In this document: positions 1-8,347 of the stretch, piece by piece | Layout of the letters: each line of letters begins with the position of its first letter | How positions within the stretch are numbered: position 1 is the first letter of the stretch | Source: an uncultured Thermotogaceae bacterium | Lineage (GTDB): Bacteria > Thermotogota > Thermotogae > MWEM01 | Length of the DNA: 64,000 bases | Assembly: GCA_964462525.1 (NCBI GenBank) | Contig: CAYWWY010000001.1 | Location: 183,074-247,073, forward strand | Direction of reading: 5' to 3' | Translations under genes and position numbers: made by a program | Notes under the pieces: generated by a model | What the model saw: only the letters and a program-made list of their open reading frames with translations | The model's database searches: none | Told to the model about the DNA's origin: nothing

Positions 1-1595
1 ATGACATACAGTGCGTAACCGAAGGAATCGTACCCTCTATAGTACAGACGATCATCGACAACAAGCGGTTGGAATGCGCCTGTTTGTACAGAGGTATGCT
101 GATGGAAGGTCAGCTGGTTCAGATCAATGGAATAGATTTGGTATATTCCTTCCAGGTCCCAGGAAAAAAAGAGAGATGATTCGGTTAGGAAAGGATCGAT
201 CATCGCGTGATCAGAAGAATGGAGGCATATGAGCGCGCCATCCTCCCAAAGATACAGGTGTGTCTGTTCGTTGAAGGTAATGGAAAGCCCGATTCTTGGG
301 CCGTTAACGGAAATTCCGTTGATCCAAAAGTCTGGATTGCCATGCATCAGAGTTACTTCTTTGCTCGTATCGATCGTATGAACCATTAGGCTCGTTCCGC
401 CTTTATCGAGTTTCAGGTAAAGGATCGTACTTTCGTCCAACCACCGAACCTGGATGACCCGACCCTTTTCCGAAGCTTTACGCAAGACCCCATGATCGTC
501 TTCAAGAAAGAGTTCTTGACTGTACTGCTCCAAACCGTCGCCAAAACCATAGACTGCCGCAACTCTTCCTGCAGGGGAAATGTCAAAATCGATGGGCGTT
601 GGATCCAGGCGAAACACTCGACTCGTTCCATCGGGTTCGATCTGAAGCCACCGGGGCAGCATCTGGTCTGGCCTGTCAATCACCACGACCGAATTCCCAA
701 ACAAACGAGCCGTCCCAGAATGCGTTCGGCCCTTTTGAACTGGTTGTCCTTCATAAATAGGGTCGGGGATTGAAGCCTTTACGCGGTCGGATACCCATAC
801 CGCCCATTCTATAAGAAAGTCAGCCCAATCCATACCGGTAACCCCTTTTATGGCTTGAAAGAGGTTGTACCGATACTGAGTACCGTAGGTTTGAAAAAAA
901 GCCCGATATGCTTCGATCCCAAATCGGTCAATCATAAAGGCGAAAAAAAAGGCTCCATAAAGATAATTGTCTCCCACCGGTGTATATACAGGAGTCTGCA
1001 TCCCCCCCGCCAGTTGGAGACCCCGAAACCGTTCATCAAGGATGGCTGCTCGAAGGAACATTTCGAATCGGGAATCGTGAAGCCTCCCTTGATCAAAAAG
1101 AAGCGTTTCGGATACGATCGATCCGCCTTCGTGCATCCAGGATGGGGTAAATGCTGTATCGAAAAGCGTAGCCACAGGATTTCCGAATATCCGAAGCTGG
1201 TCTTTCAAGACACCCGGTTTATCAGCAATTAAGATATGGGTCAATTCGTGGGCAAATACATAAGGAACCCACCATTGATAATGGTTTTTCCCAATCCGAG
1301 TATCTGATCTGTTGACATAAATTGCCGTCATATGAGAAAAGATATCTGCGTAAGCGTTGGCATAGTCCCCGTCATCGACTAGATAGACGCGTACCCTCCG
1401 ATGTGGTTCAAATCCGTAGAAATCGCACAGATATTGGTAGATGCCAGGCCCCTCATGGTACAACTGCAGAGCGAAATCTTCCAACCCCTCTTGGTAAATG
1501 ATATCAAAGGGTTTTGTCCAGATTCGATAGTATTGGATCGCAAATGATGCAGTAAACGTCATCAGGCATACGAGAAAAAGGACCCATCTCTTCAT
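1..1595 (-). CDS. Secreted HExxH (zincin-like) metallopeptidase-family protein with a C-terminal beta-propeller-like region. Partial: the C-terminus runs off the window start.
   Basis: Manual translation of the minus strand from the ATG at 1595 gives a stop-free ORF to position 1. It has an N-terminal signal peptide (MKRWVLFLVCLMTFTASFA) and the motif FAHELTHILIAD (HExxH). The C-terminal part is rich in beta-strand/WD-like segments. It is absent from the ORF track, presumably because no stop lies inside the window. Confidence 0.55.
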   Translation of the reverse strand, partial: MKRWVLFLVCLMTFTASFAIQYYRIWTKPFDIIYQEGLEDFALQLYHEGPGIYQYLCDFYGFEPHRRVRVYLVDDGDYANAYADIFSHMTAIYVNRSDTRIGKNHYQWWVPYVFAHELTHILIADKPGVLKDQLRIFGNPVATLFDTAFTPSWMHEGGSIVSETLLFDQGRLHDSRFEMFLRAAILDERFRGLQLAGGMQTPVYTPVGDNYLYGAFFFAFMIDRFGIEAYRAFFQTYGTQYRYNLFQAIKGVTGMDWADFLIEWAVWVSDRVKASIPDPIYEGQPVQKGRTHSGTARLFGNSVVVIDRPDQMLPRWLQIEPDGTSRVFRLDPTPIDFDISPAGRVAAVYGFGDGLEQYSQELFLEDDHGVLRKASEKGRVIQVRWLDESTILYLKLDKGGTSLMVHTIDTSKEVTLMHGNPDFWINGISVNGPRIGLSITFNEQTHLYLWEDGALICLHSSDHAMIDPFLTESSLFFSWDLEGIYQIYSIDLNQLTFHQHTSVQTGAFQPLVVDDRLYYRGYDSFGYALYV

Positions 1596-1612
1596 TCGCG
1601 TCTCACCTCGCA

Positions 1613-1642
1613 ATAAAAAAGCGGGCTTGCGCCCGCTCTTTT
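1613..1642 (-). terminator. Rho-independent terminator of csp, bidirectional in shape.
   Basis: GCGGGC-ttgc-GCCCGC hairpin at 1621-1636, flanked by an A-run at 1615-1620 and tctttt at 1637-1642. On the minus strand it reads as stem plus TTTTTT immediately after the csp stop. Confidence 0.8.
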
Positions 1643-1656
1643 AGAATTCGCTGTAT

Positions 1657-1860
1657 TTATCCAAGGATAGAAACGTTTGCAGCTTGGGGTCCCTTGGTTC
1701 CATTTTGTACTTCGAACTCTACTTCTTGCCCTTCTTCGAGCGTTCGGAATCCATCCATATTGAGGGCGCTGAAGTGGACAAACACGTCATTGCCGTCGTC
1801 CTGAGAGATGAATCCGTAACCCTTCTTGGCATCAAACCACTTTACCTTACCTTTTAACAT
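1657..1860 (-). CDS. cspA: Cold-shock protein, CspA family, 67 aa.
   Basis: [33 protein letters not shown]... carries the canonical cold-shock-domain RNP motifs. The ATG at 1860 was chosen over the upstream ORF-track start. A ~240-nt untranslated leader follows, as is typical for csp genes. Confidence 0.9.
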   Translation of the reverse strand: MLKGKVKWFDAKKGYGFISQDDGNDVFVHFSALNMDGFRTLEEGQEVEFEVQNGTKGPQAANVSILG

Positions 1861-2100
1861 CTTGTTCCTCCTAGAAACTTTGTTTTCCGTAAATACGGTT
1901 CCGAGGCATATCATACACGAAAAAACCCTCCTTGTCAACCCCTTGGATTTTTTTGAAACCGTTTGACGGAAATGGTGAACACTCAGCCAGACGGATCGTT
2001 AAAATGTTTTGGAATGTCCGGTATCCTGAAAAAAAATCAAGCTCATATTCAGGGGGTAAGCATTCGGTGAATTCGTACTGACTCGAAAAAAGGAAAAAGG

Positions 2101-5067
2101 CTAAAAATGGGTCTTTGCGATACGAAAGCCCCGGTTATTTTGTGAATTGCCTAGGGACCATTTATGAAACCGGTAAGCCAAGCGACAGTCGCCGGCATTG
2201 TTGTTCCAATGGCCACCTCGGACCATTTTATTCGAGTGGTGATCTAAGTGGCCAATAGGATTGGTCTTTGTTTCGGTTGTGTAGACTTGATAGGAGTCAT
2301 GACACCATTCCGTTACATTACCGGTCATGTCGTACAATCCCAATTGGTTCGGCGCCTTTTTTCCTACGGGTTGGGTACTCCCTCCAGAATTGTCCGTAAA
2401 CCAACCCACATCATCGATATCGTCGCCTCCCGCGTACAGATACCTTGGCGGAATCGGTAAAGCCAAATTGCCACCGCTCGCCGAATACTCCCACTCGGCT
2501 TCTGTAATCAGCCTATATCCAACTACTTGAGTAATATCTTCTGTTTTGGATCCCGCCGCGTCCAAAAAACTCCCTTGTTCTGGTTCGCCCTCTAAAATAT
2601 AGGCAACAGGCAATCCTTGTTGTTCGCTTAACCAATTACAGAAGGCGATCGCATCCCACCAAGTCACATTAACTACCGGACGGCTGCCTCTTCCCCAATC
2701 TTCATCACCAGGTTTAGCTCTATCCGTATCATCGCAGAAAGCATCGTATTCATAAAAGGTCACTGGATACGTTCCCACCCAAAAATCGTACGTCAGGTGA
2801 ACGGTATGAGTAGGTCCAGACTCGTGCAAATCTCCCTCTTCGTCACCCATTTGAAAAGTTCCTCCATAGACCAAGATCATTTCTGGGGGTGTGACCGTAA
2901 TCCGTTTTATGCCTTCCACTCCGGAACCATCTTTGGCGGTGGCTTTTACATCAACTATTCCTGTTGTCAGTCCCTTAAGAATACCTGTTTGGGTTATCTC
3001 GGCCCGATTCTCTCTGGGGGAGATCCCTCCAACATTTTCCACAGACCATGTGACCTCTTTGTTGGTTGCATTCTCGGGATTTACCTCCGCGATCATCTGA
3101 AGGGGTACCCCTACCCCAACAGATACTCTGCCTCCTTCTCCTGATACGGTAATGGCCGTTACAGGTTTATGAAAGGTAGCCACCAAGGTCACATTCTTTG
3201 CGGGCATAACATAGGAGAAGTTTTCTTCGACGCTTACTAGCTCCCCTCCGGACGTTCCAAACGTCCAATGGACAAAATCAAACCCCTCTGCGTCATCCGC
3301 ACGCACCTCAACCTGCGCGCCGGCAGGGTAATTCCCTGCGCCTTCTAAAACACCTACACCTTCCGGGTTTCCCTTCAAGGTCAAAGCAAAGATCTGTTCG
3401 AAGATGGCCAATAGGGTCACATTTGCCGCTGGCATGGTGAAGGTGTGGGTAGTGTCTGTGCTGACCGTGCTTCCAAAGCTATCTTCCCACTCAACAAAGC
3501 GATACCCAGCATTGGGTGTTGCTGTGATCTCTACCTCTGCTCCCGCTGCATAGGTGCCTCCTCCGGTTACCGTGCCCCATGTGTTGTTGTTTCTATTCAA
3601 TGTTAAGGTAAAAGCCTGTTCGAAGATGGCCAATAGGGTCACATTTGCCGCTGGCATGGTGAAGGTGTGGGTAGTGTCTGTGCTGACCGTGCTTCCAAAG
3701 CTATCTTCCCACTCAACAAAGCGATACCCCGTATTGGGTATGGCTGTGATCTCTACCTCTGCTCCCGCTACGTATGCTCCTCCTCCGGTCACGGTACCCC
3801 ATGCGTTGTTGTTTCTATTCAGGGTCAGGGTGTGAGCATCGGGTGGCAACTCTTCAAAATTTGCTACCAATGTCACGTTTTCTGCCGGCATCATGTAGTT
3901 GTAGTTGGCTTGTGTGCTGATTACCGAACCACCGTGGGTCCATTGGACAAAGCGGTAGCCTGCTGTTGGTGTGGCCTGGATGTTGGCAACCTGTCCAGCT
4001 GCATAGGTTCCTCCCCCAGCGACTGTTCCCCAAGCGTTGTTGTTTCTATTCAGGGTCAGGGTGTACAACTCAGCAGGTACTTCTTCAAAATCCGCTACCA
4101 ATGTCACATTCTCAGCAGGCATCGTGTAGCTGTGGTTGGCTTGTGTGCTGATGATCGTACCACCGTGGGTCCAATGGACAAAGCGGTAGCCCGCTGTTGG
4201 TGTGGCCTGGATGTTGGCAACCTGTCCGGCTACATAGGTTCCTCCCCCAGCGACTATTCCCCAAGCGTTGTTGTTTCTATTCAGGGTCAGGGTGAATGGC
4301 TGCGTTTGAGTGTTAAAGGTCCACACATCGCCTTCTGTCAATTCTCTTGGTTCGCTGGTTCTCCCGTCATCAGCGTCGACTCGCCAGAAGTATTGAGTGT
4401 CGTATGCCAATTCGGGCAGAGGGTGGTTCGTTTCGGTGGTTGTGGCGATCCATTCCAAATCGTCTTCCTCTGTGCTTAGGTAGACCATGTAGGTAAGTGG
4501 GTCGCCCTCAGGATCACCACAATCCCATCGCAAGACGACCCCTTCGATGGGTTGGTTTTCTGCGCCATCTTCCGGCTGGGGGTTGAATGGCTTGAGTGGG
4601 GGTTGGTTGAAGACTTCTATCCATAAGGTTGCTTCTTTTGTATTGTCATTTCTTGGGTTGATTTGATCGGGCGGGATGAGGGTGGCGCGGGTGGCGCGGA
4701 TGATGACCTCGTAGATTCCCGACGCCGTTGCGCTCACGTCGATTTCGTAGACTAAAACGCCATCGACAAGCTCAGTGGCTTGCGCCTGCTCTCGGAAGAT
4801 GACGGTGAACTCGACCCCAACGATGGGGGTGATGGAAAAGGAGAAGGTGTCTTCCCCCTCCAAACTGAATGGGGAGTTTTCGTCGATGTGGTCAGAGGCT
4901 GCCGCATCTCCGTCGCCTGTAATAATCTGCACCAACGCGTCCAGGACTTCGGGATCTTCCAGATTAGGAAGGACGATCTTGGGGATATCTCGGCTTACGC
5001 AGGAGAAAAGAAGAAAGACCATTATCAAGACCAGTGTCAGGATCGCAATCCGTTGTTTCGTGCCCAT
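2101..5067 (-). CDS. Large surface lipoprotein. It carries a Big_2 (bacterial Ig-like) domain, 4-5 tandem Listeria-Bacteroides (InlB B-type) repeats and a C-terminal formylglycine-generating-enzyme (FGE/SUMF1-like) domain.
   Basis: Lipobox LLFSC follows a hydrophobic signal peptide. The ATG at 5067 has GGAGGTG 8 nt upstream; the ORF-track start at 5103 is a GTG. The repeats read TLTLNRNNNAWGTV(A/T)GGGTY(A)AG..., a Big_2-like segment reads VTAITVSG...KATAKDGSG, and the C-terminal RGGHWNNNAGDCRLAYRF...NRGFR is FGE-sulfatase-like. Confidence 0.75.
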   Translation of the reverse strand: MGTKQRIAILTLVLIMVFLLFSCVSRDIPKIVLPNLEDPEVLDALVQIITGDGDAAASDHIDENSPFSLEGEDTFSFSITPIVGVEFTVIFREQAQATELVDGVLVYEIDVSATASGIYEVIIRATRATLIPPDQINPRNDNTKEATLWIEVFNQPPLKPFNPQPEDGAENQPIEGVVLRWDCGDPEGDPLTYMVYLSTEEDDLEWIATTTETNHPLPELAYDTQYFWRVDADDGRTSEPRELTEGDVWTFNTQTQPFTLTLNRNNNAWGIVAGGGTYVAGQVANIQATPTAGYRFVHWTHGGTIISTQANHSYTMPAENVTLVADFEEVPAELYTLTLNRNNNAWGTVAGGGTYAAGQVANIQATPTAGYRFVQWTHGGSVISTQANYNYMMPAENVTLVANFEELPPDAHTLTLNRNNNAWGTVTGGGAYVAGAEVEITAIPNTGYRFVEWEDSFGSTVSTDTTHTFTMPAANVTLLAIFEQAFTLTLNRNNNTWGTVTGGGTYAAGAEVEITATPNAGYRFVEWEDSFGSTVSTDTTHTFTMPAANVTLLAIFEQIFALTLKGNPEGVGVLEGAGNYPAGAQVEVRADDAEGFDFVHWTFGTSGGELVSVEENFSYVMPAKNVTLVATFHKPVTAITVSGEGGRVSVGVGVPLQMIAEVNPENATNKEVTWSVENVGGISPRENRAEITQTGILKGLTTGIVDVKATAKDGSGVEGIKRITVTPPEMILVYGGTFQMGDEEGDLHESGPTHTVHLTYDFWVGTYPVTFYEYDAFCDDTDRAKPGDEDWGRGSRPVVNVTWWDAIAFCNWLSEQQGLPVAYILEGEPEQGSFLDAAGSKTEDITQVVGYRLITEAEWEYSASGGNLALPIPPRYLYAGGDDIDDVGWFTDNSGGSTQPVGKKAPNQLGLYDMTGNVTEWCHDSYQVYTTETKTNPIGHLDHHSNKMVRGGHWNNNAGDCRLAYRFHKWSLGNSQNNRGFRIAKTHF
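3390..4300 (-). repeat. Intragenic tandem DNA repeats: two near-identical ~222-bp units followed by two near-identical ~231-bp units.
   Basis: The ~110-nt string cgaagatggccaatagggtcacatttgccgctggcatggtgaaggtgtgggtagtgtctgtgctgaccgtgcttccaaagctatcttcccactcaacaaagcgataccc starts at 3399 and again at 3621. A second unit (ttctgccggcatcatgtag...cagggtcagggtg) recurs at ~3876 and ~4110. These encode the InlB-B-like protein repeats. Confidence 0.85.
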
Positions 5068-5827
5068 ACATTTGCACCTCCAGAGCATGATTTGTTTAGT
5101 CACGCATATGATGGAGGATTTGTGGACTACAAAAAATCCGATTGCTGTATATCATAGGAACGAAAGGGAATAGAAAAGAAAACCGCTACAAGAATGAATG
5201 AGAAATAAGGAGCTTTTTGCTGGAACTCGAATCCTCACCGCAAAATCCCCCTTCTTTTCATCTTTTCATTTTACCATTTTGTGTACCTATTGTCAAGGAT
5301 CCGAAATGCTTCATAAATAAAAAGTACCCAAAATAGGATCTATTTTGAGAGCAGGGGACCGAGGCAAGGAGGAGCGTGTTCACATGGGGGAAAAATCCGT
5401 ATGGGAGAAATACGGGAAGTTGTTGAGAAGAGTGCGAAAAGATATCGAGAAAGCAATGACAGGTCACCCAAAACACAGATTTTGAACGAGTGTGACGAAA
5501 TGACGGGGTGCGAACGTCATTATGCAGCAAAGAACTTTCGTACAGAGCATTTGAGGCTTCGAGGGTTAAAAGGCGAAAAAAGAAGCCCAAAAGGGCAAAA
5601 GTCCAAGAAGATCCACAGGCATTTACAGACACCATATCACCGATGGCTGGAATTATCTTGGACCTCTCTAGATAAAAAAGAAGGGCTCCGCGGGGAAAGA
5701 TTTCAGATAAGTAATATACTATATAATACCATATATTCATACGAATCATGTCATATGGTATGGGTGAAATAAGATCAGATGTCCCTCCGTCAATAATATT
5801 GGAAAATCAAAATCGGAGGTGAAAGGT

Positions 5828-6289
5828 ATGTTGGTTCGAAGGGTACAAAGCGATTGGGACAACTTTTACAAACCGTTCTTGTCGATGCAAAGGGAGATTG
5901 ACAATCTTTTTTCCAACTTTCTTTCTGGGGAACGAGGCGCTAGTATCGATCGATCTGGTTGGAGGGTTCCCAGCGTAGATGTATATGATACTGAGAAAGA
6001 GTTTGTATTTGAATTTGAACTCCCGGGTTTTGACAAAGAGGATGTAAAAGTCAACGTGCAGAACGATGTGTTGACCGTGGAGTGTGAAAAAAAACTCCAG
6101 AGAGACTCCAAGGAAAAGAACTATCACCTTACGGAACGCCAAGGGCTTTGTTTCAAGAGGCAGTTCAATCTTCCAGACACGGCAGAATCTGACAAGACGT
6201 TCGCGCAATTTGAAAAAGGAGTTCTAGAGATCAGAATGCCGAAAAAAGAGGTTGCTCAGCCAAAAAGTATCGACATTCAAGTGAAATGA
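5828..6289 (+). CDS. Small heat-shock protein, Hsp20/alpha-crystallin family.
   Basis: Alpha-crystallin domain reads VDVYDTEKEFVFEFELPGFDKEDVKVNVQNDVLTVECEKK...GVLEIRMPK. ATG 5828 lies 7 nt after GGAGGTG; the ORF-track start at 5819 is a GTG. Confidence 0.85.
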   Translation: MLVRRVQSDWDNFYKPFLSMQREIDNLFSNFLSGERGASIDRSGWRVPSVDVYDTEKEFVFEFELPGFDKEDVKVNVQNDVLTVECEKKLQRDSKEKNYHLTERQGLCFKRQFNLPDTAESDKTFAQFEKGVLEIRMPKKEVAQPKSIDIQVK

Positions 6290-6310
6290 CCCATATCGCA
6301 AAAAAGCAAA

Positions 6311-6337
6311 AGGGCTGTTGATGACAGCCCTTTTGTT
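6311..6337 (+). terminator. Rho-independent terminator after hsp20.
   Basis: AGGGCTGT-tgatg-ACAGCCCT hairpin followed by TTTTGTT. An A-rich run sits upstream, so it could also terminate the convergent regulator gene. Confidence 0.75.
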
Positions 6338-6370
6338 CTAGTTCTCAAAAATAAGAGGAAAGGGATCTCT

Positions 6371-7126
6371 CTAGAATGGAATCCAATAAGCACGACCATC
6401 AGGTGTTCGTTGCAGAAACCCATATTCGATCAAGTATCGGCGCACCATGACATAATCATCAATTACGTTCATCAGAATTCGATTGATTTCGGATTCCTCA
6501 TATTTGATCCCTTTCTTCAAATGTTCCTTTATTATGTGTCTCAAGATGATCCATTTAGATTTTTGCTTGTTTGGAAAAACAATGATCTTTCCATTTCGGT
6601 CAACATACTTTTCTATCATTTTCTGCGCCTCTTCTTCTGTCACCGAGTATCGATCATCGATCATAGTTGCAGTTTTTGGGTATTCTACGAGCTTGTCTTC
6701 TCTTTTTTCCAATACTTCCACTAATTCCCACAGGGCAAGGAAAATCCGTGCCTGTTTCGCTTTTTCTCGGAGCCGAAAGCGGTGATTTCGGACAGTGGAT
6801 TCGCTTACCTTCATCTCCTGAGCAATATCCCGATTGCTTTTCCCATCATGGAGAAAAGTAAGTAAGACCGTTTGGGTTTCGCTCAACACTGAAAAACGCT
6901 GATCTAACTCCAACAGAAAGTTCCACGTTCCTCCGTGATCACATCGAATATGAAGATCGATTGCCTTTTCAGCAAGGTATAGATCACCTTCGACCTCATA
7001 GACCTTCCCTTCTTCATATACTCGTCCACAGACCAGGCAGATCCATTTTTTCTCTTCCGGAATCCAAAAACTTCCTGCTTTTAGATCTTCAGCAGGGACC
7101 TTCCAAAACCATTCATTCAGATCCAT
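6371..7126 (-). CDS. Putative transcriptional regulator with an N-terminal Cys/His zinc-ribbon-like motif, a central LuxR/GerE-type HTH and an uncharacterised C-terminal domain.
   Basis: HTH segment LLTFLHDGKSNRDIAQEMKVSESTVRNHRFRLREKA. N-terminus reads CLVCGRVY...HIRCDHGG. It is transcribed divergently from the metF-metH operon. Confidence 0.55.
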   Translation of the reverse strand: MDLNEWFWKVPAEDLKAGSFWIPEEKKWICLVCGRVYEEGKVYEVEGDLYLAEKAIDLHIRCDHGGTWNFLLELDQRFSVLSETQTVLLTFLHDGKSNRDIAQEMKVSESTVRNHRFRLREKAKQARIFLALWELVEVLEKREDKLVEYPKTATMIDDRYSVTEEEAQKMIEKYVDRNGKIIVFPNKQKSKWIILRHIIKEHLKKGIKYEESEINRILMNVIDDYVMVRRYLIEYGFLQRTPDGRAYWIPF

Positions 7127-7393
7127 CGTACCACCTCCATGGTCTGATTATATCACATAACATAAAATATTACAAACGTATACAGATAATGTCTACATAT
7201 ATAGATCATATTTCTGGATATGTTTGACTATCACTAGGCATTGGATGAACTGAGAACTGGATCAAAGACGGCTTAGCCGGGGAAGCAAACAACAGGGGGA
7301 AGATGGAATGGCGCGGAAGGGACCATTGTGTCTTTCTTCGGTTTCGAATTTCGGGGATGATGAAACACTGAATCGCTCAAAAACCTTTTGTCA

Positions 7394-7402
7394 TGGTATA
7401 AT
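7394..7402 (+). promoter_or_regulatory. Extended -10 (TGGTATAAT) of the metF-metH operon promoter.
   Basis: tcaTGGTATAATc lies 45 nt upstream of the metF ATG. The same TGGTATAAT element recurs in front of two other genes in the window. Confidence 0.5.
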
Positions 7403-7447
7403 CATCGCAGAATTTGGTGACGAGATCCTTAGATATTGGGGGTACTT

Positions 7448-8347
7448 ATGAAAAACAGAATAGCAGCATTCATGAACAGCCTATCGAGACCCTTTTCCTT
7501 GGAAATCTTCCCGCCAAAAAAAGAACATCAAAAAGCTTTTGAGTTTGTCTTGAGAACGATCGAAGCCCTCTGCCCCACGAACCCTTCATTCATCAGCGTA
7601 ACTTATGGTGCAGGCGGATCGAATAAAGGAAAAGTCGTGCAGATCTCTCACGAAGTGCTGGAAAGAGGAATCCTCCCGCTCAGTCATTTGACAGCGGTCG
7701 GATTTTCGAAGGAAGACGTCCGACTGGTTCTTGACCAGCTGCATGAAGCGGGAGTGCGCGCGATTCTCGCTTTGAGGGGAGATATTCCGAAAGGGGTTAC
7801 TTACCCAGATGGGGCGTGGAAAGACTTTCACCTTGCCATAGACTTGATCCGGCTCGTGCGAGAAGATGGCCGATTCTGTGTGGGGGCTGCAACCTATCCG
7901 GAGGGCCACCCTACCCATCGCGATCCAGATCGCTCGGTCGAGCATTTTGCTATCAAAGCATCTGCTGGGGCTGATTTTTTTATCTCCCAAATGTTTTTTG
8001 ACAACTCTTGCTTCTACCGTTTCGTGGATACAGTTAGAAAGCGCGGGCTTTCTCATCCAATCATTCCCGGAATCATGCCTTTGGTAAAAAAGATCCAAAT
8101 CCAGAAAATCCTCGAATTATCTGGGGCAATGATTCCCAAAACTCTGCTTGAATCAATTGAACGGTATCAGGATGACCCAGAAAGCTTTTGCCAAGCAGGG
8201 ATCGATTTTGCAACTCAACAGGTCCTCATGCTCAGAGATCAAGGAATCCCCAATGTTCACCTCTATACAATGAATCAACCTGATCCGATTCTGAAAATAC
8301 TCACACAAGCAAGTCTTTTGGATGAAAAGGAGATCCACAATGGATAG
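7448..8347 (+). CDS. metF: 5,10-methylenetetrahydrofolate reductase (MetF).
   Basis: FSLEIFPPKK...ISVTYGAGGSNKG...HLTAVGFSKED...ILALRGDIPKG matches MTHFR conserved blocks. The ORF-track start at 7436 is a TTG, so the first ATG (7448) was chosen. Confidence 0.8.
   Translation: MKNRIAAFMNSLSRPFSLEIFPPKKEHQKAFEFVLRTIEALCPTNPSFISVTYGAGGSNKGKVVQISHEVLERGILPLSHLTAVGFSKEDVRLVLDQLHEAGVRAILALRGDIPKGVTYPDGAWKDFHLAIDLIRLVREDGRFCVGAATYPEGHPTHRDPDRSVEHFAIKASAGADFFISQMFFDNSCFYRFVDTVRKRGLSHPIIPGIMPLVKKIQIQKILELSGAMIPKTLLESIERYQDDPESFCQAGIDFATQQVLMLRDQGIPNVHLYTMNQPDPILKILTQASLLDEKEIHNG

Noticed and set aside
3390-4300. Checked whether the regular DNA repeats could be a CRISPR array.
   Set aside because: The units are ~220-230 bp with no short unique spacers and are entirely in-frame coding sequence of a repeat protein. 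There are no cas genes anywhere in the window.
3554-4479. Plus-strand ORFs of 93-270 aa inside the large minus-strand lipoprotein gene (for example 3667-4479).
   Set aside because: They are antisense to the near-identical tandem repeats. The long open frames are a by-product of repeat periodicity and biased codon usage, and they lack RBS or start context.
5258-5749. 163-aa minus-strand ORF in the 5.1-5.8 kb gap.
   Set aside because: Extremely hydrophobic and low-complexity, with no start context. It overlaps the alternative plus-strand small ORFs.
7300-7325. ggtttcgaatttcgg resembles a tRNA T-arm (GGTTCGAATCC).
   Set aside because: No acceptor or D-arm context and no CCA or discriminator in a compatible position. 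It is a mismatched partial match only.
7127-7447. Looked for an S-box (SAM-I), SAM-II or T-box leader in front of metF-metH.
   Set aside because: None of the conserved cores are present (for example the SAM-I GAGGGA...CCCGATGA kink-turn/P2-P3 motifs, or the T-box AGGGTGGNACCGCG). Only short generic hairpins were found.
8322-8339. Upstream ATG (8322) as the metH start, and 10654 as an ATG start for the ABC gene.
   Set aside because: 8322 lies inside metF with no RBS, whereas 8340 has AAAGGAG. Position 10654 is actually TTG. The ORF track evidently allows non-ATG starts, so its coordinates were re-evaluated throughout.
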